From Sminthopsis crassicaudata (taxonomy: Eukaryota): a stretch of DNA of 64,000 nt. Position 1 is the stretch's first letter. Each line of letters starts with the position of its first letter. Positions 50,751 to 63,807 of this stretch are shown here, one piece after another. Location: assembly GCF_048593235.1 (NCBI RefSeq), contig NC_133622.1, positions 238,483,198 to 238,547,197 of the forward strand. Direction: 5' to 3'. A program made the translations under genes and the position numbers. Under the pieces are notes generated by a model. It saw nothing but the letters and a program-made list of their open reading frames with translations. It searched no databases and was not told the DNA's origin.

Positions 50751-51683
50751 ATGGACAATCAAAGCCAAGTGACTGAGTTCATCTTCTTGGGACTTTCACA
50801 GAATCCAGATGTTCAGAAAATGATATTTGTAATATTTCTGTTTTTCTATGTCACATCTCTGGGCGCAAATTTATTCATTGTTGTGACCATTGTCTATAGC
50901 CCCTCTCTTTTGAGTGCACCCATGTACTTCTTCCTAGCTTTCCTTTCCTTCTTGGATGCCTGCTTCTCATCTGCCATTGTTCCAAAAGTAATAGTCGATT
51001 CCCTCTATGAGAGAAAAACCATTTCATTCAGAGGGTGTATGACACAGCTTTTTGCAGAGCATTTTCTTGCAGGTGCTGAGGTGATCATTCTCTCAGCCAT
51101 GGCCTATGACCGTTATATAGCTATCTGCAAGCCTCTGCACTATGTGACCATCATGAGCCGACGCCTGTGTTTACTCCTAGTAGGAGTGGCCTGGGCAGGG
51201 GGCTTTCTCCATTCCATTATCCAAATGACCTTCATTATCCCATTATCCTTCTGTGGCCCTAATGTGATTGATCACTTTATGTGTGACTTGTATCCTTTGC
51301 TGAAATTGTCCTGCACTGACACACATAGCATTGGTCTTATGGTTGTGGCCAACAGTGGCTTGATATGTATAATAATTTTTGCTCTTTTGCTCATTTCTTA
51401 TGGAGTCATCCTGCACTCTCTGAGGAAATACAGTATAGAAGCACGACGAAAAGCCCTCTCCACTTGTGGCTCCCATGTCACAGTTATTGTTATGTTCTTT
51501 GTCCCATGTATAATTGTATATGTACGGACCCCTTCTACTTTTTATTTTGACAAAACTGTGGCTGTATTTTATACCATAATGACTCCCACATTAAACCCTT
51601 TGATCTACACTTTTAGAAATGCCGAAGTGAAGAATGCTATGAAGAGGTTTTGGAACAGAACAACAATTTCTATTGAAAAATAA
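50751..51683 (+). CDS. OR4C15-like: Intact olfactory receptor, OR4C15-like, 310 aa
   Basis: NQSQVTEFIFLGLSQNP; [25 protein letters not shown] carries the extra residue seen in human OR4C15 (SPALLVSPMY, as recalled); [24 protein letters not shown] and NPLIYTFRN intact. Confidence 0.96.
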   Translation: MDNQSQVTEFIFLGLSQNPDVQKMIFVIFLFFYVTSLGANLFIVVTIVYSPSLLSAPMYFFLAFLSFLDACFSSAIVPKVIVDSLYERKTISFRGCMTQLFAEHFLAGAEVIILSAMAYDRYIAICKPLHYVTIMSRRLCLLLVGVAWAGGFLHSIIQMTFIIPLSFCGPNVIDHFMCDLYPLLKLSCTDTHSIGLMVVANSGLICIIIFALLLISYGVILHSLRKYSIEARRKALSTCGSHVTVIVMFFVPCIIVYVRTPSTFYFDKTVAVFYTIMTPTLNPLIYTFRNAEVKNAMKRFWNRTTISIEK

Positions 51684-51745
51684 AGATTTTGAAATAAGCA
51701 ACATTGTTTTTTTGGAGAAAAGAGAGTTAGAGGGGATTTCCAAAT

Positions 51746-51809
51746 GAATCTAAATGATAATATTCCATATTCCATATATATAATATATGTATATATATAA
51801 TATATATGT

Positions 51810-51857
<48 letters not shown>

Positions 51858-51890
51858 ATTAGTTAACATATTGACTTGTAGAATTATTCA
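51746..51890 (+). repeat. Local duplication, copy 1
   Basis: GAATCTAAATGATAATATTCCATATTCCATA-[TA-rich]-TAATTAGTTAACAT-TTGACTTGTAGAAT-ATTCA, repeated at 52423. Confidence 0.9.
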
Positions 51891-52422
51891 TTAAATAATT
51901 TTATAGGTATCTTACAGCATATAGCACAGAAGATTTAGCAGTAAGAAAAAAAAACCTGAAAACCTAGAATATCAATGTAAGGACTAAAAAGGAAATTTTT
52001 AAGACAAAACATTGAATTTCATAGTGCACAATAGGAGTCATCATTTTTTAAAGCAAAAGTTACATTTCCAAAAAGAACACAGAGAAACAAATAGTATTTG
52101 ACAGTGTTTCCAACAGAGTTATTCCAACCGGAAAGGATAGGATGAGAGATGCCTACACAGGTATGAGATAGTGTAGATTGACTTTAAGATTGTTTCTAAT
52201 TCTGAAATTCTAGGATTTTGTGATCATCAAGACAAATAGATTTTAAAGAGGAGGAAACTGAGGTCCAGAACACTGACATAACTTGCAAAATTCACATGAC
52301 TACATTAAAAGTTAGCCAAGTCTAGAATCTAGCACTTCATATTCCTATTGCAATATTTTTCAATCTTTAAAAGCCAGTTGGATAGTATGGCAGTATTCCC
52401 TTGCAAGATGATAGCAGAGAAA

Positions 52423-52585
52423 GAATCTAAATGATAATATTCCATATTCCATACACATATATATATTATATGTATATATATGTAACACACACACATATAT
52501 ATATATACACATACACACATACATATTATATATATATATATATATATATATAATTAGTTAACATGTTGACTTGTAGAATCATTCA
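52423..52585 (+). repeat. Local duplication, copy 2
   Basis: Same flanks as 51746-51890 with a longer TA/CA core. Confidence 0.9.
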
Positions 52586-52735
52586 GGGCTTGTCTATGTT
52601 CACTACTCCTGTTGAGGATAGAAAAACAGAATTCATTAGACCTAAAATTCTATAAATAAGACTATTCAAGTAATGAAGTTGGTGAGGAGTCTTAAGATCT
52701 AATGAATTGATGGAGAGCATGGGAATAAATTGATT

Positions 52736-53122
52736 CTTTTTTATAGCTTTTTATTGACAGAACATATGTAGGGATAATTTTTCAATATTGACCCTTGCAA
52801 ACACTTCTGTTCCAACTTTTCCTTAACTTCCCTCCACCCCCTCCCCTAGATGGCAGGCAATCTTATACATGTTAAACATGTTAAAGTATAACTTAAATAC
52901 AATATATATGTACATATTTACACAATTCTCTGTATAAACAGAAAAATCAGATTTAGAAAGGTAAAAATAACCTGGGAAGAAAAACAAATATGCAAGCAGT
53001 CCACATGCATTTCCCAGTGTTCTTTTGCTGGATGTAGCTGATTGTGTTCATCACTGATCAATTGGAACTGAATTGGATCCTCTCATTGCTGAAGATAGCC
53101 AATTCCATCAGGATTGATTCTC
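52736..53122 (-). mobile_element. 5'-truncated L1 (3'UTR)
   Basis: T-rich tail, CCCTCCCCTAGATGGCAGG, AAAAATCAGAT and GAACTGAATTGGATC signature in antisense. Confidence 0.85.
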
Positions 53123-54166
53123 AAGACTGATTTTTAATAGAGGGAAATACTAGCATCTTGTCTAATAGTGGCTTCAAAGAAGGTGAGAATTGAGTCTAAG
53201 AATCCATTCCATTCTTGACAAAAATGTTTATATAAAGGAGGATAGAACATAATAAATGAAAAGTTTTCCCCTTTGAATCTCAAAAATGAGAGCTTTTAAA
53301 GGTGAGACATCTGCCTTTTATCATCTGCCAGTATCCTAATCAGACTCATCATTTCAAAAACTATTAATTTCCTCTCTTCATTATTTAACCAGAAAACAAA
53401 GCTCAATTAGAAAATGAATTCTGAGGTAATTTATAAGATTAGATGATATTTAATTACCTTAATACTATCATGTCTCCTGATTCATTGAATCAAATCAAAT
53501 CTATTAGGAGTACTTAAATATATGATTGTATAGTTGTTGTCACTTACCCTTTGATGATTCTTGATAAACAGCAAAGGTGTTCTGAAATGAGGAAAAAATT
53601 AAAGGTGGAACATTTTCAAAAAAGAAGAAAAAGTGCTCTTAGGCCAATAGGCTTAATGCTTATGGATAGAAGGAAACAATCAAACAAACAAAACACTTAA
53701 GTACCTTATGAAACACATGGCTTATTGACATTTAAAAAAGGAAGTCATGATTAAATTCACACCATTGCAGTGTTTAATTTAAACAAACAATAATACACAG
53801 ATATAATAGTTCTATGTATAATATATGTATATATGATGGATATGTACATATATATATATATACACACATATGTATTATTGACTCTGGATCATATTTATAT
53901 TATCTATCATCTTTTTTATCTGTATACACCCATGCAACATCTGAGAAAATTATGTTCCAAAATAATTTTATAAATTTAATCCAAATAACTCTATCAGGAA
54001 AGAATAAAACACAGAAGGAAAAATTAAACACATTATAGATGGATATGATTAATGAATACTATTTCATTACCTTCTAAATTTTAAGCATTATTAAGTATGT
54101 TTCATTAAAAAAGTCTGATAATGGGGATTTATCTAAGAAATCATTCAGTGGATGGATTTAAAGAAG

Positions 54167-54336
54167 NNNNNNNNNNNNNNNNNNNNNNNNNNNNNNNNNN
54201 NNNNNNNNNNNNNNNNNNNNNNNNNNNNNNNNNNNNNNNNNNNNNNNNNNNNNNNNNNNNNNNNNNNNNNNNNNNNNNNNNNNNNNNNNNNNNNNNNNNN
54301 NNNNNNNNNNNNNNNNNNNNNNNNNNNNNNNNNNNA
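54167..54336. other. Assembly gap (N run)
   Basis: Run of N. Confidence 1.
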
Positions 54337-54402
54337 CATTTGAACTCGGGTCCTCCTGAATTCAGGGCTGGTGCTCTATCCACTGTACCACCTAGCTGCC
54401 CC
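54337..54402 (-). mobile_element. WSINE1-like SINE 5' half (remainder in the gap)
   Basis: TTTGAACTCGGGTCCTCCTGAATTCAGGGCTGGTGCTCTATCCACTGTACCACCTAGCTGCCCC. Confidence 0.88.
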
Positions 54403-54429
54403 AGCATGATTCAATATTAAGAAAAAATG

Positions 54430-57400
54430 TAATTAAAATATTAAATCTGAAACCTCCCAAACCATAAAATTATCTCATTAGAGTAAAAAAAAAAAAAAAC
54501 AAAGCCATTGAAAAATATATAGCATTCACTACTACTAAAATTCCCTACAGAATATGGGCATATAGTCATAGAGCAAGATATATTGAGAAAAGGGGAAAGG
54601 GAAAAGAAGAATTGGGGAAATTGCTTCACATACAAGAGGTATGCAAAGGAGAGCTTTGAGTTTGGGTGGGACAGACAATGGTTGAATATCACTTTCACAT
54701 AGGTCAGTTAACAGAGGGAAGAATATATATGCACAGTCATCTGATATAGCATTTTGTCTTATCCAACAGTGAAATAAGAGGGTGTAAAGGGCTAGAACTG
54801 AGCAGATGCAAGGTAATGTAGCATATATGGCTAATTACCAATTGGACAATTCTCTATTAACATATGCTTGGAGATTGGCCCTCCCCCATTATTCTGTGTT
54901 GGATCTGTGGCTGTGGACAAAGACGGAAAAGAGAGAGGTGAGAGGGTGGAGTAGGACAGGCAGGATCATTTTTTGGCGGTAGAGAGAGAGGAAGGAGGTG
55001 TAGAGATTCCTATATCTAATCCCCTGAGAGCAACCCAAAAGATCAAGAATAAAGACTTTTGCTTATCCTGACTCTGGCTGATTCTAAGATATCCAGGGTC
55101 ACAACAGGAGGGTAAAGCAATAAGAGAAAGGGAGAGGCCAGTAAAAGGGAGGGCAGAGTAAAGGTGGTAGTGGTCAAAAGCAAACGACTTTTGAGAAGGG
55201 ACACAACAGAGAAAATAAGACAGACAGGCCGAGGGATAAAAGAAGTTAATACACTATAGAGAAATATGCATGTGAATAAGACAAATTCATTCATAAAACA
55301 GAAATGGATAGCAGAACAAATGAGAAATCAGAATCCAATAATATATTGTATATAAGAAATATACATGAACAGAGGTAAAATAATGGACTGAAGCAGAATC
55401 TATTATGGTTCACCTGAAGAAAGAATAAAATATGGAACAGTAGCAATCATGACGTTAGACACAGCAAAGATAAATGTAAAGAGATAAGCAGGGAAACTAT
55501 AGATATATCTTGTCAAAAATTACCATAGACAATATATATATTGTCTATGGCATATCTATATCAATATATCAATATAGATATATCTTAATACTAACATATG
55601 CAACAAAGAGTATAACATTCAACTTTTTAAAGGAAAGGTAATGTGAATTATAGGAAAAAATGCAAAATAAATTGAAACAGTAGGAGACCTCAAATATTCT
55701 CTCAGAACTAGATAAAACTAATATAAAATAAATAGAAAAGAAATTGAGGTGGATAGAATAAGTGAAGAGTTAGATATGATGAATTGTTGAAGAAAATTGA
55801 ATGGAAATAGAAAGGAGTAGATTTTTTTTTCCAATTGAAAATATGTAGAAGTATATCCTTTTCCATCTCTACACTGTAATTTCATAAAAATGTAACAATG
55901 TATTATTGCACAAAAATCTCACAAATAAATGCAGAAAATCAAAAATGTTAAATGTACTATTTTCAGGCCACAAGGCAATAAAATTATGTGAGAGAAACTG
56001 CCAGAGAGAAATAGATCAAAATATTAAAAATATAACCAATAGTAATCTAACAATATAATATTAAAGAATGGAGAGGTAAAATGACAAATCATAGAACCAA
56101 TCAATAATTTCATTAAAAATAATGACCACAATTGGAAAGCATATCAAAACAAATGGGATATAGGCAAAATGAAAGGAAATGTAAATTTGCAAATATATAC
56201 ATCTATAATAGAGGGAATGATTGATAAATAAATTGGGCATGCAACTTGAAAAAAAAAAAAAAAAAGAAAAGAAAAGCAAGAACCTATTAAATATCTAAAT
56301 GTAAGCACCAAAATAGAAATTCAAAAAAATGAAGGAAAGATTAATACATTAGAAAGTAAAAACAAAAAAAAATAAAACTAGCAACTAATTTTATGAAAAA
56401 CCCAATAAAATAGAAAATTCATTATTGTGATTAAAAAAAAGAAAATAAAATTACTTGTATTAAAAATGAAAAGAATAAGTGCACCACCAATGAAGATGAT
56501 AAAGCAAGTATTTGCAAAAAAAAAAACAAAAAACAAAAACAAGCCAGTAAAATTAACAATCTAAAAAAGTTGGATTAATATTTATAAAAAAAATAAATTG
56601 CCCAAACTTTTAATGAATATGTATTATACATATAGGATAAGAAGAATAGTTACCACAAGGGAAAACAATAACAAAAACATTCCATCATGTTATGACATAT
56701 TTGATATTCCAGATATATATGTATATGTATGCATATATAGATATCTACATGCATTTATATTCACATTCTACACACATGTGCATATATATTTCTAATAGCC
56801 TTTCCCAATAATAAGCAGAAACATGAAAAAACAGAATAAGAATTTTAAAAAATTAAATCATGTTAAAGTATGATCCAGATTACTAATTATGAGGAAAGAC
56901 AATTCATTCTGTAAATTGGTAAAGAAGACATAAATAGCAATAATAAATATTTTCAAAATTGTGGGATGATAGGTCTTTCTGGCATAATTATATATTGGTA
57001 AAATTCATTTTGGAGAAGATTTGGATTTATGCAAAGCTAATAAAATATCCATTAATTTTGCCACAGAGATTTCATTCCTAGGCTTATATCGCAATATATC
57101 CATTGAATCCAGAGAATAGTGGTAATGAAATGCCCAAATGAACTATAAGAATGATACCAGAACTTTTTGTGTTACCCTAGAATTGTAAATAGTTGGGGAA
57201 TAGCTAAATAAATCTATGTACATGAATATAATTGAATGTTCCTGTGATTTTAACACTGATGTATGTGGTGAATACAGAAAAATAAAGAAAAAACTGAAGG
57301 AACTGATACAAAGTGAAGTAAGCAAACATAAGAAAACAATGTATAAAATTATTAGGAAAATGGAAATGGAAACAACAACCACACACACTCTCACAAATAA

Positions 57401-57698
57401 TCTATACACAATGTAGCAAAATTATAAAGATCATTCATGCATGACTCTCCCAAAATACAACTTATCCTTTTGTGGAGGCAATAGGCAGGCCCATAGATAT
57501 TGTGTAATGCATAATAAGTTTTCAGATTTTTTTCAGTGCATTGATTTGTTATACTGATCTTCCTCTGTTTCTATGTTTTTGTCTCTCTCATCTTTCTTTC
57601 TTTTTTCATCCTTCCTTTCTTCTTTTTTCCTCTTTTCTTTGTCTTTTCTTTCTTTTTTCTCTTTTCACTTCTTTCTTTCCCTCTTCTTTTTTCTTTTT
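54430..57698 (+). mobile_element. Old, internally deleted L1 (spacer, ORF2 EN, ORF2 C-terminus, 3'UTR) with an LTR inserted
   Basis: A-rich sense strand; degenerate NVN--NS-IKQKWIAE--RNQNP at ~55265-55350; ORF2 C-terminal pieces at ~57000-57250; 3'UTR up to the gap. Confidence 0.8.
54783..55106 (+). mobile_element. Solo LTR (same family as 18454-18786)
   Basis: TGTAAAGGGCTAGAACTGAGC...CACAACA termini, AATAAA ~55048, 6-bp TSD AGAGGG/GGAGGG (1 mismatch). Confidence 0.85.
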
Positions 57699-57998
57699 NN
57701 NNNNNNNNNNNNNNNNNNNNNNNNNNNNNNNNNNNNNNNNNNNNNNNNNNNNNNNNNNNNNNNNNNNNNNNNNNNNNNNNNNNNNNNNNNNNNNNNNNNN
57801 NNNNNNNNNNNNNNNNNNNNNNNNNNNNNNNNNNNNNNNNNNNNNNNNNNNNNNNNNNNNNNNNNNNNNNNNNNNNNNNNNNNNNNNNNNNNNNNNNNNN
57901 NNNNNNNNNNNNNNNNNNNNNNNNNNNNNNNNNNNNNNNNNNNNNNNNNNNNNNNNNNNNNNNNNNNNNNNNNNNNNNNNNNNNNNNNNNNNNNNNNN
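57699..57998. other. Assembly gap (N run)
   Basis: Run of N. Confidence 1.
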
Positions 57999-58138
57999 AT
58001 TACACAAAACAACTGACAGCCTAAATTTGGCACATAACTCACATGAATCAGTGTACCAAACTCTAGATTGGATCATTCGCTTCTTATTTCTTTCCTCCAG
58101 AGACTTCTGCAGGTTTCTTGAGGTTTTCCCCTGCCTTT

Positions 58139-58340
58139 TTGTTGTTCAATCATTCAATCATGTGTCACTGTTCAAGACCCTACTTTTGAGTGTTTTCTTG
58201 ACAAATATATTAGAATAATTTGCTATTTCCTTCTCCAATGGACGTTCATAAGATTAGTAAGTTCCTGAGACTATATTTGATCTCAGGTTTTCCTGACTGT
58301 AGACCTAGTACATTCTCTTAGCTATATAGTTGCCTCCTCC
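58139..58340 (-). mobile_element. MAR1/WALLSI-type SINE remnant
   Basis: TTGTTGTTCAATCATTCAATCATGTG...TTTGCTATTTCCTTCTCCA...ATTTGATCTCAGG in antisense. Confidence 0.65.
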
Positions 58341-58479
58341 TCTCTCCTGACCTATCATTATATGACATCTTCTGCTTCTTGACACAATTGTCCCAAACCA
58401 TACCTTTATATCCTTTTGCAAAAAAATATCCTGATCCTCCTATGCACCATTAAGCAACATTTTGAACTATTATTATTGT

Positions 58480-58830
58480 CACTTTTAGGCTTCCAGATCC
58501 CTAGGCTAGAACTTTAGTGTCATCACTGATGTATTTTTTTCACTTATTTCCTTTATCTAATATTGTAGTCAAGTACTTTTGATTCCTCTTTCCCATTTCT
58601 TCTATATTCTCCATTCTCTTCCTTCAAGCAGCAAAGTGTCAAGTGCAGGCCCTTGTTACTTAAGTGTCCTGGCACTCATTGCTTCAACTCCTGGACTACT
58701 GCTCTAACTTCTGGATGGTGCAAGTCTTTCTCCAGTACAATCTATCTACTACTCTGCTGCCTAAAGTTAAAAGCAAGACTATCTTATCTCCTTCACTCAG
58801 TAAATACTAGTGATTCCCTATTAACCATAT
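58480..58830 (+). mobile_element. L2 LINE fragment
   Basis: CAGGCCCTTGTTACT...CCTGGACTACTGC...CTCCAGT...AATCTATC...CTGCTGCC, an L2 RT C-terminal pattern. Confidence 0.6.
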
Positions 58831-58859
58831 AATTTGTTATAATGATAATGGTGGCAATA

Positions 58860-58860
<1 letters not shown>

Positions 58861-58903
<43 letters not shown>
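58861..58903. repeat. (TGA)n microsatellite
   Basis: About 14 pure TGA units. Confidence 0.97.
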
Positions 58904-60039
58904 CTGGCTTTCTGGTTTATTCCTGAATATTTTTACATTTACATTTTACATTTGAAATCACTTTTTCTTAAGAGATTCACAAATTCTGGGAATCTCAGTT
59001 TCTTTACCTATACAATAAGGAGGGTTATAATTTCTTTTGATATTATACGATTCCTCATTACATAATTGAGATTTATTTTTCATGCATAAAATGAGATTGA
59101 ATATTTAAGTGAGGAAAATTCCAGTAATGATAAAAGAGTGATTGGGATCCCAAGATGACCAACAGTAGCTGTGACAATGATTCTGAAGAGTATACTGTTA
59201 AATTTAATAATCTCATTCTAAGGAATATATAGCCTAGTCTCAAATTCCCAGGGCTTGGAGGAAATGGTATCTCCTAAGAGATAGGTGTTATAAGATAGTG
59301 TACTTATAGCAATTTGTCTTTCACATGATTCATTTTTTTGCTCTTTTGGCCTCATAGAAAATAAAACTTCTAGATCAAGGAGATAAGGGAAAATGTGCTG
59401 GGAGATACAGTCTCCTGCTTTCTATTCAACCAATAGCTTCAACTATAGAAGTCTGGTGCAAATTGGAGGTTTACTCTAAAACTAAGTAAAGTTAGATGCA
59501 CTTTGGAGCCAAGTCTCCAATGGAAATGTTTTCTTCATTCCCTAAAGAATAAAAGGTAATTCTTAAAGTCATAAACATTCACGAACTTCCTATTAGTGTG
59601 CTCAGTCAGTAGTATCAAACTATCAGTATTTACTGTAGAGTAGAATTGGGCATAGGACAATGGAATAACTAGTGGAAGATTTAATTGAAATGGTAGATAT
59701 TTCTGTATCCATTTGAAACTTTAAAGCTTAAAGATAAAGAATTTCTGATTCCTTTTCTGTCATGGGCAAGAACAAGATGAAGTGTCTCTTTTATTGCTGT
59801 TGGGAAGGATGGGAGTTGTGTCAGGAACCAAATGAATTCTAATTTAGATATGGCAGCATTCATTAAAAACTACATTCCCTCCCTAAATGTGACAAAGAGG
59901 GAGAAAAGGAAACAGGCCAAACATGAGAAGAATTTTCAGTTATTATGGCCAATATAAATTTAAATCTTGATATGCTTGTTTAATTTTAAAACTTGATGCT
60001 GAATTCAGTGATTATTTTCTCCTTCTTGGTTAGCTCATT

Positions 60040-60201
60040 TTGTAGTAACTTTCTTACATTCTGTATGCACATATATATATGTGTGTGTTTGTATGTATGT
60101 ATGTATGTGTTTGCATGTGTCTATATAAATATGTATAAAACACCAAATACATTTGTATGTATATGAATACATATTCATGGGTAAATATATGTATATATGT
60201 T

Positions 60202-60249
<48 letters not shown>

Positions 60250-60290
60250 GTATGTGTATGTACACAAACATATTTGCATATACACATATA
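60040..60290. repeat. TA/TG-rich low-complexity tract
   Basis: (TA)n and (TATG)n runs. Confidence 0.9.
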
Positions 60291-63200
60291 TTTTCATTAT
60301 TTTCTTTGTAATCAAGAGAGAAAATAATGCCATAATTGATGTTTCTTCCCACAGCAGTATTTACATCTAGAAGACTCATAATTTTCTGGCCTTTTTTTGA
60401 AATGTTAGGGGAGACTGGTTTATATAAAGTGTACAATGTAGCAGAAATTTAGGGGAATTATATCTTATTCTCTCCTTGTGGCTTCTTTTCTTGAAACTTT
60501 TTTTGAAATTTGGAAAAGAAAATGAGAAAGAGCCATTAACTTTCAAAATGTTTGGTTCCTGGGATTTAACATTTCCAACGAATCTCCATCAGCAATAGAA
60601 AGTTCATGATATCAAAGATAAGGTGCTGAAAATGATAGACTTCATCTTCATTCTAAGATCTCCCCCTTCATGTTATTGGCTCCATATTTTACTTCCTCTG
60701 CATCTTCTTTATGCCACTTATCTTACTTATTTTCCTCCTTCTTCTCATCTCTTTACTACTCTCCATGATCTTTTCTATGATTATTTCATTTTATATATTT
60801 TTTGGGGGGGTGATAGTTTCAACTTGTCATTTAATTAGCACAGGAAACTTCTTATTTCAAGACAGATGGACCCATAGTATTTAACTTTTAGACATAGAAA
60901 TTTATCTGTAGAACTAAGCAGTAGAGTAACTTGGACTATGTTATATTAATGATTCGGGTCAGAGATGAGATTTGATGACAACCCTTAGTGGTAAAATATA
61001 AACAAACAAATGAGCAAAACAGGCTAAGCTGAATATTGAAATGCTTTCCTGCATGTAAGTAGGGAAAAATCAATAGCAAAGATAAATTTTGGAGGATTTT
61101 GAATATTAAGACAAAAAGTTTGAATTATATTAAACAGACAAGGAAAGGGAAAAAATCATTTTCCAAGATGTAGTCATTGAATTAATTGTCCAGTGAATGT
61201 TTATGACAGAAGTAGTATTTAAGGGAAATTAACCAAGGACCTCACACATGATATGCTTTTGATTGTCACTAAATAAAACCCAGTATTTTATGCTAGCCTG
61301 AATTTAGGGTGATTATTTAGAAAGGAAATCATTTTGTAATGATTTCAGTGAATTTAAGTTTTGAGAGATAAATGAATAGGTATCACTCTCATATGTAATA
61401 TACATGAGGAAAGTTAAGTACAGACATGTTAAGTGAGATAAGCTGCAGAAATCTACAGAAATCTGCAGAAATATGACTCATTTCTGCACATTGAAACGTT
61501 TTCCCTTAAACGTCTACCCTATATTGTCTTAGCATAGAGCAACTTTGGTAATTGCAATAAAAATAAAAATTAAAATTAAACAAGCAACCATGTTTGTTAA
61601 TTTCCTCTTTTTTTGGCCATTTAATTATTTCTTTTTATATAGTTGATGTTCATGTACCTTGTCAACTGATGGATCAGTTAGAAGCCTGAATCTTTTACAT
61701 TTCTATAGGTGACTGATCCAATCCAATAAAGAGGGAAAACAACATATTAACTTCATTTTCTATTCCTAAAGGAAAGAAAAAATATTTTGCAAAATATAAA
61801 ATATAACATTTTTTCCTATGAGATGATGAAAAAAACAAAACACCATTTCTGGCTGTCTATTTTGATGCTAGAATGAAAAGGGCACAGAGCCAGGAGAAAG
61901 AAAGAAAAAAATTGAAAGTAAAATAGAAACAGAGATAAAGGACCGAGGGAAAGCTCTAAACAGTATGCCCTTTGTCAAAAAGTGTCCCAAACTTGTGCCA
62001 GAATAATTTTAAAAAATGAGTTGTTTTGTCTTCATTTAGATAAAGGCAACTCATCCCTCTCCACATTTTATAACTTTGGTTGAAATTCAAATAAATAAAA
62101 GTCACCTTGATCAATCCAATTGCTAATTTCTATGTATTATAATATATCCCTTTGGTTTTTCTTTTTCTTTTTTTCCTTTGAATTTTATTTTCATGTTTCA
62201 TCTACCCAACCAAGATGTTAAGTTTATGAGATTTAAGTATAGTGTAATACATTGCTGTTTTCTCATGTGTCTGTTTGTTTTCCACAAACATAGCTAAAGT
62301 TGTTCACACAATATCAAAGCTAGATGGAAACTTAGGAACCATTGGATTCTGTCTGCTTAGCTATGATATGCAGGAAAAGATTCAAAGATGGGAAACCTAT
62401 GATTCCACATTTTGTTAACAAGAAATCTGAAGCAGGCTAGATGTTAGGATTGCTAATTTGAAATCTAGTTTTCTTTCCATTAAATTTCAGAGTACTGCCA
62501 ATGGTTTAGTACTTTGCATTTATGAATTTATCAACTATTCTTGAATTATTATTACTTTCCCCCCCCTTTTCAAGACTATTAAAATAAAGGAAGAAAAAAT
62601 CTTACAAGTAAGAAATCAGAGTTGGCAATTCTTGAAAATCATAAAACATTTCATTTTGTATTGTTATTATTTCTGTCATCAATAGACTCCTGTGATTTAT
62701 GGCTGCTTATCTAATCTAAAATGAAAAGTCTTAAGATCCATGTGTGCCAATGAATAAATAGGACTACTCTAATATTTCATTTCTTCCATATTGACTCCCT
62801 TGCACATTCTATTTCACAGATATTTAACATTTTACTGGGTCTTATAGCATTTATGGACTGAATACTTCACCGTTTATTCTCAAATGTACTCTCTTTTTGT
62901 CTTGTTCTTTCTTGTTTTATATTTTAAATTTCTTAAGTTCGTCCAGGATTACATTAGATTTGTAGATTGACATATTCATCAAGTAAGAGTAGAGAGATGA
63001 AGAACCAAGGGATGTATCATGTGAGTATTTACAAAAAACAAATGAACAACGTGAACAACAAAAATGTAAATATTTAACATAAGAAGAGAAGACATTAGCA
63101 GAAGACATTATAATAGCTGGTCATTAGCAGAAAATACTTGAAGGGCTATCATATGGAAGAAAGACATTTTATTGTTGTTTCTTTGGTTATTTTCCATTTG

Positions 63201-63807
63201 TTTTATCCCAGTGTGGAATTGTGAGCAATGAGAAGAATTAGGCTCAATGAAAGTGAAAATGTTCTGCCATTAGAGAGATCTTTTCCATTGATAGTCTTCA
63301 CTTATAAGCAGAATGACACCTTATTAAAGATTTTGCAAAAGAACTTTTTTTTTGATTATGTGTAAATGCCTATGAAATTTCCTTAAGTTCAGTGAATCTC
63401 TAAAATGTAGTGGATATTAAGAACAATTTGACTCCTCTTACTATATTTCCTTATACAGGCACCAAATGTGAGCATGGGTCTTTGGTAACTTCTTCAATGA
63501 TGTAAACTTCACAGATTTTAGGAGACAAATCGTGAATTTGAACTAACAGAGAAAGAAGAGCTTTAATCACAAAGCACAATGAGCATGACATAACTATTGC
63601 ACTATATTCTAACTGTAATATATTGTGGGGATTCCCTCAGTGAAATTAAAGAGTTTAAATATTACAGGTGTATTTAAAAGCTGAGGCCAAAGGACTTTTC
63701 TTTGCTGGCAGATTATACAAAATGTTTCTTCATCATGTCTCTTTATCTACTTTGTACTTTGCGTAGAACTCAGCTTTTTCAAACCCACTTCCACTGACAC
63801 TATAAAA

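Noticed and set aside
25031-58218. Long ORFs containing X runs
   Set aside because: Artefacts of translating through the seven assembly gaps.
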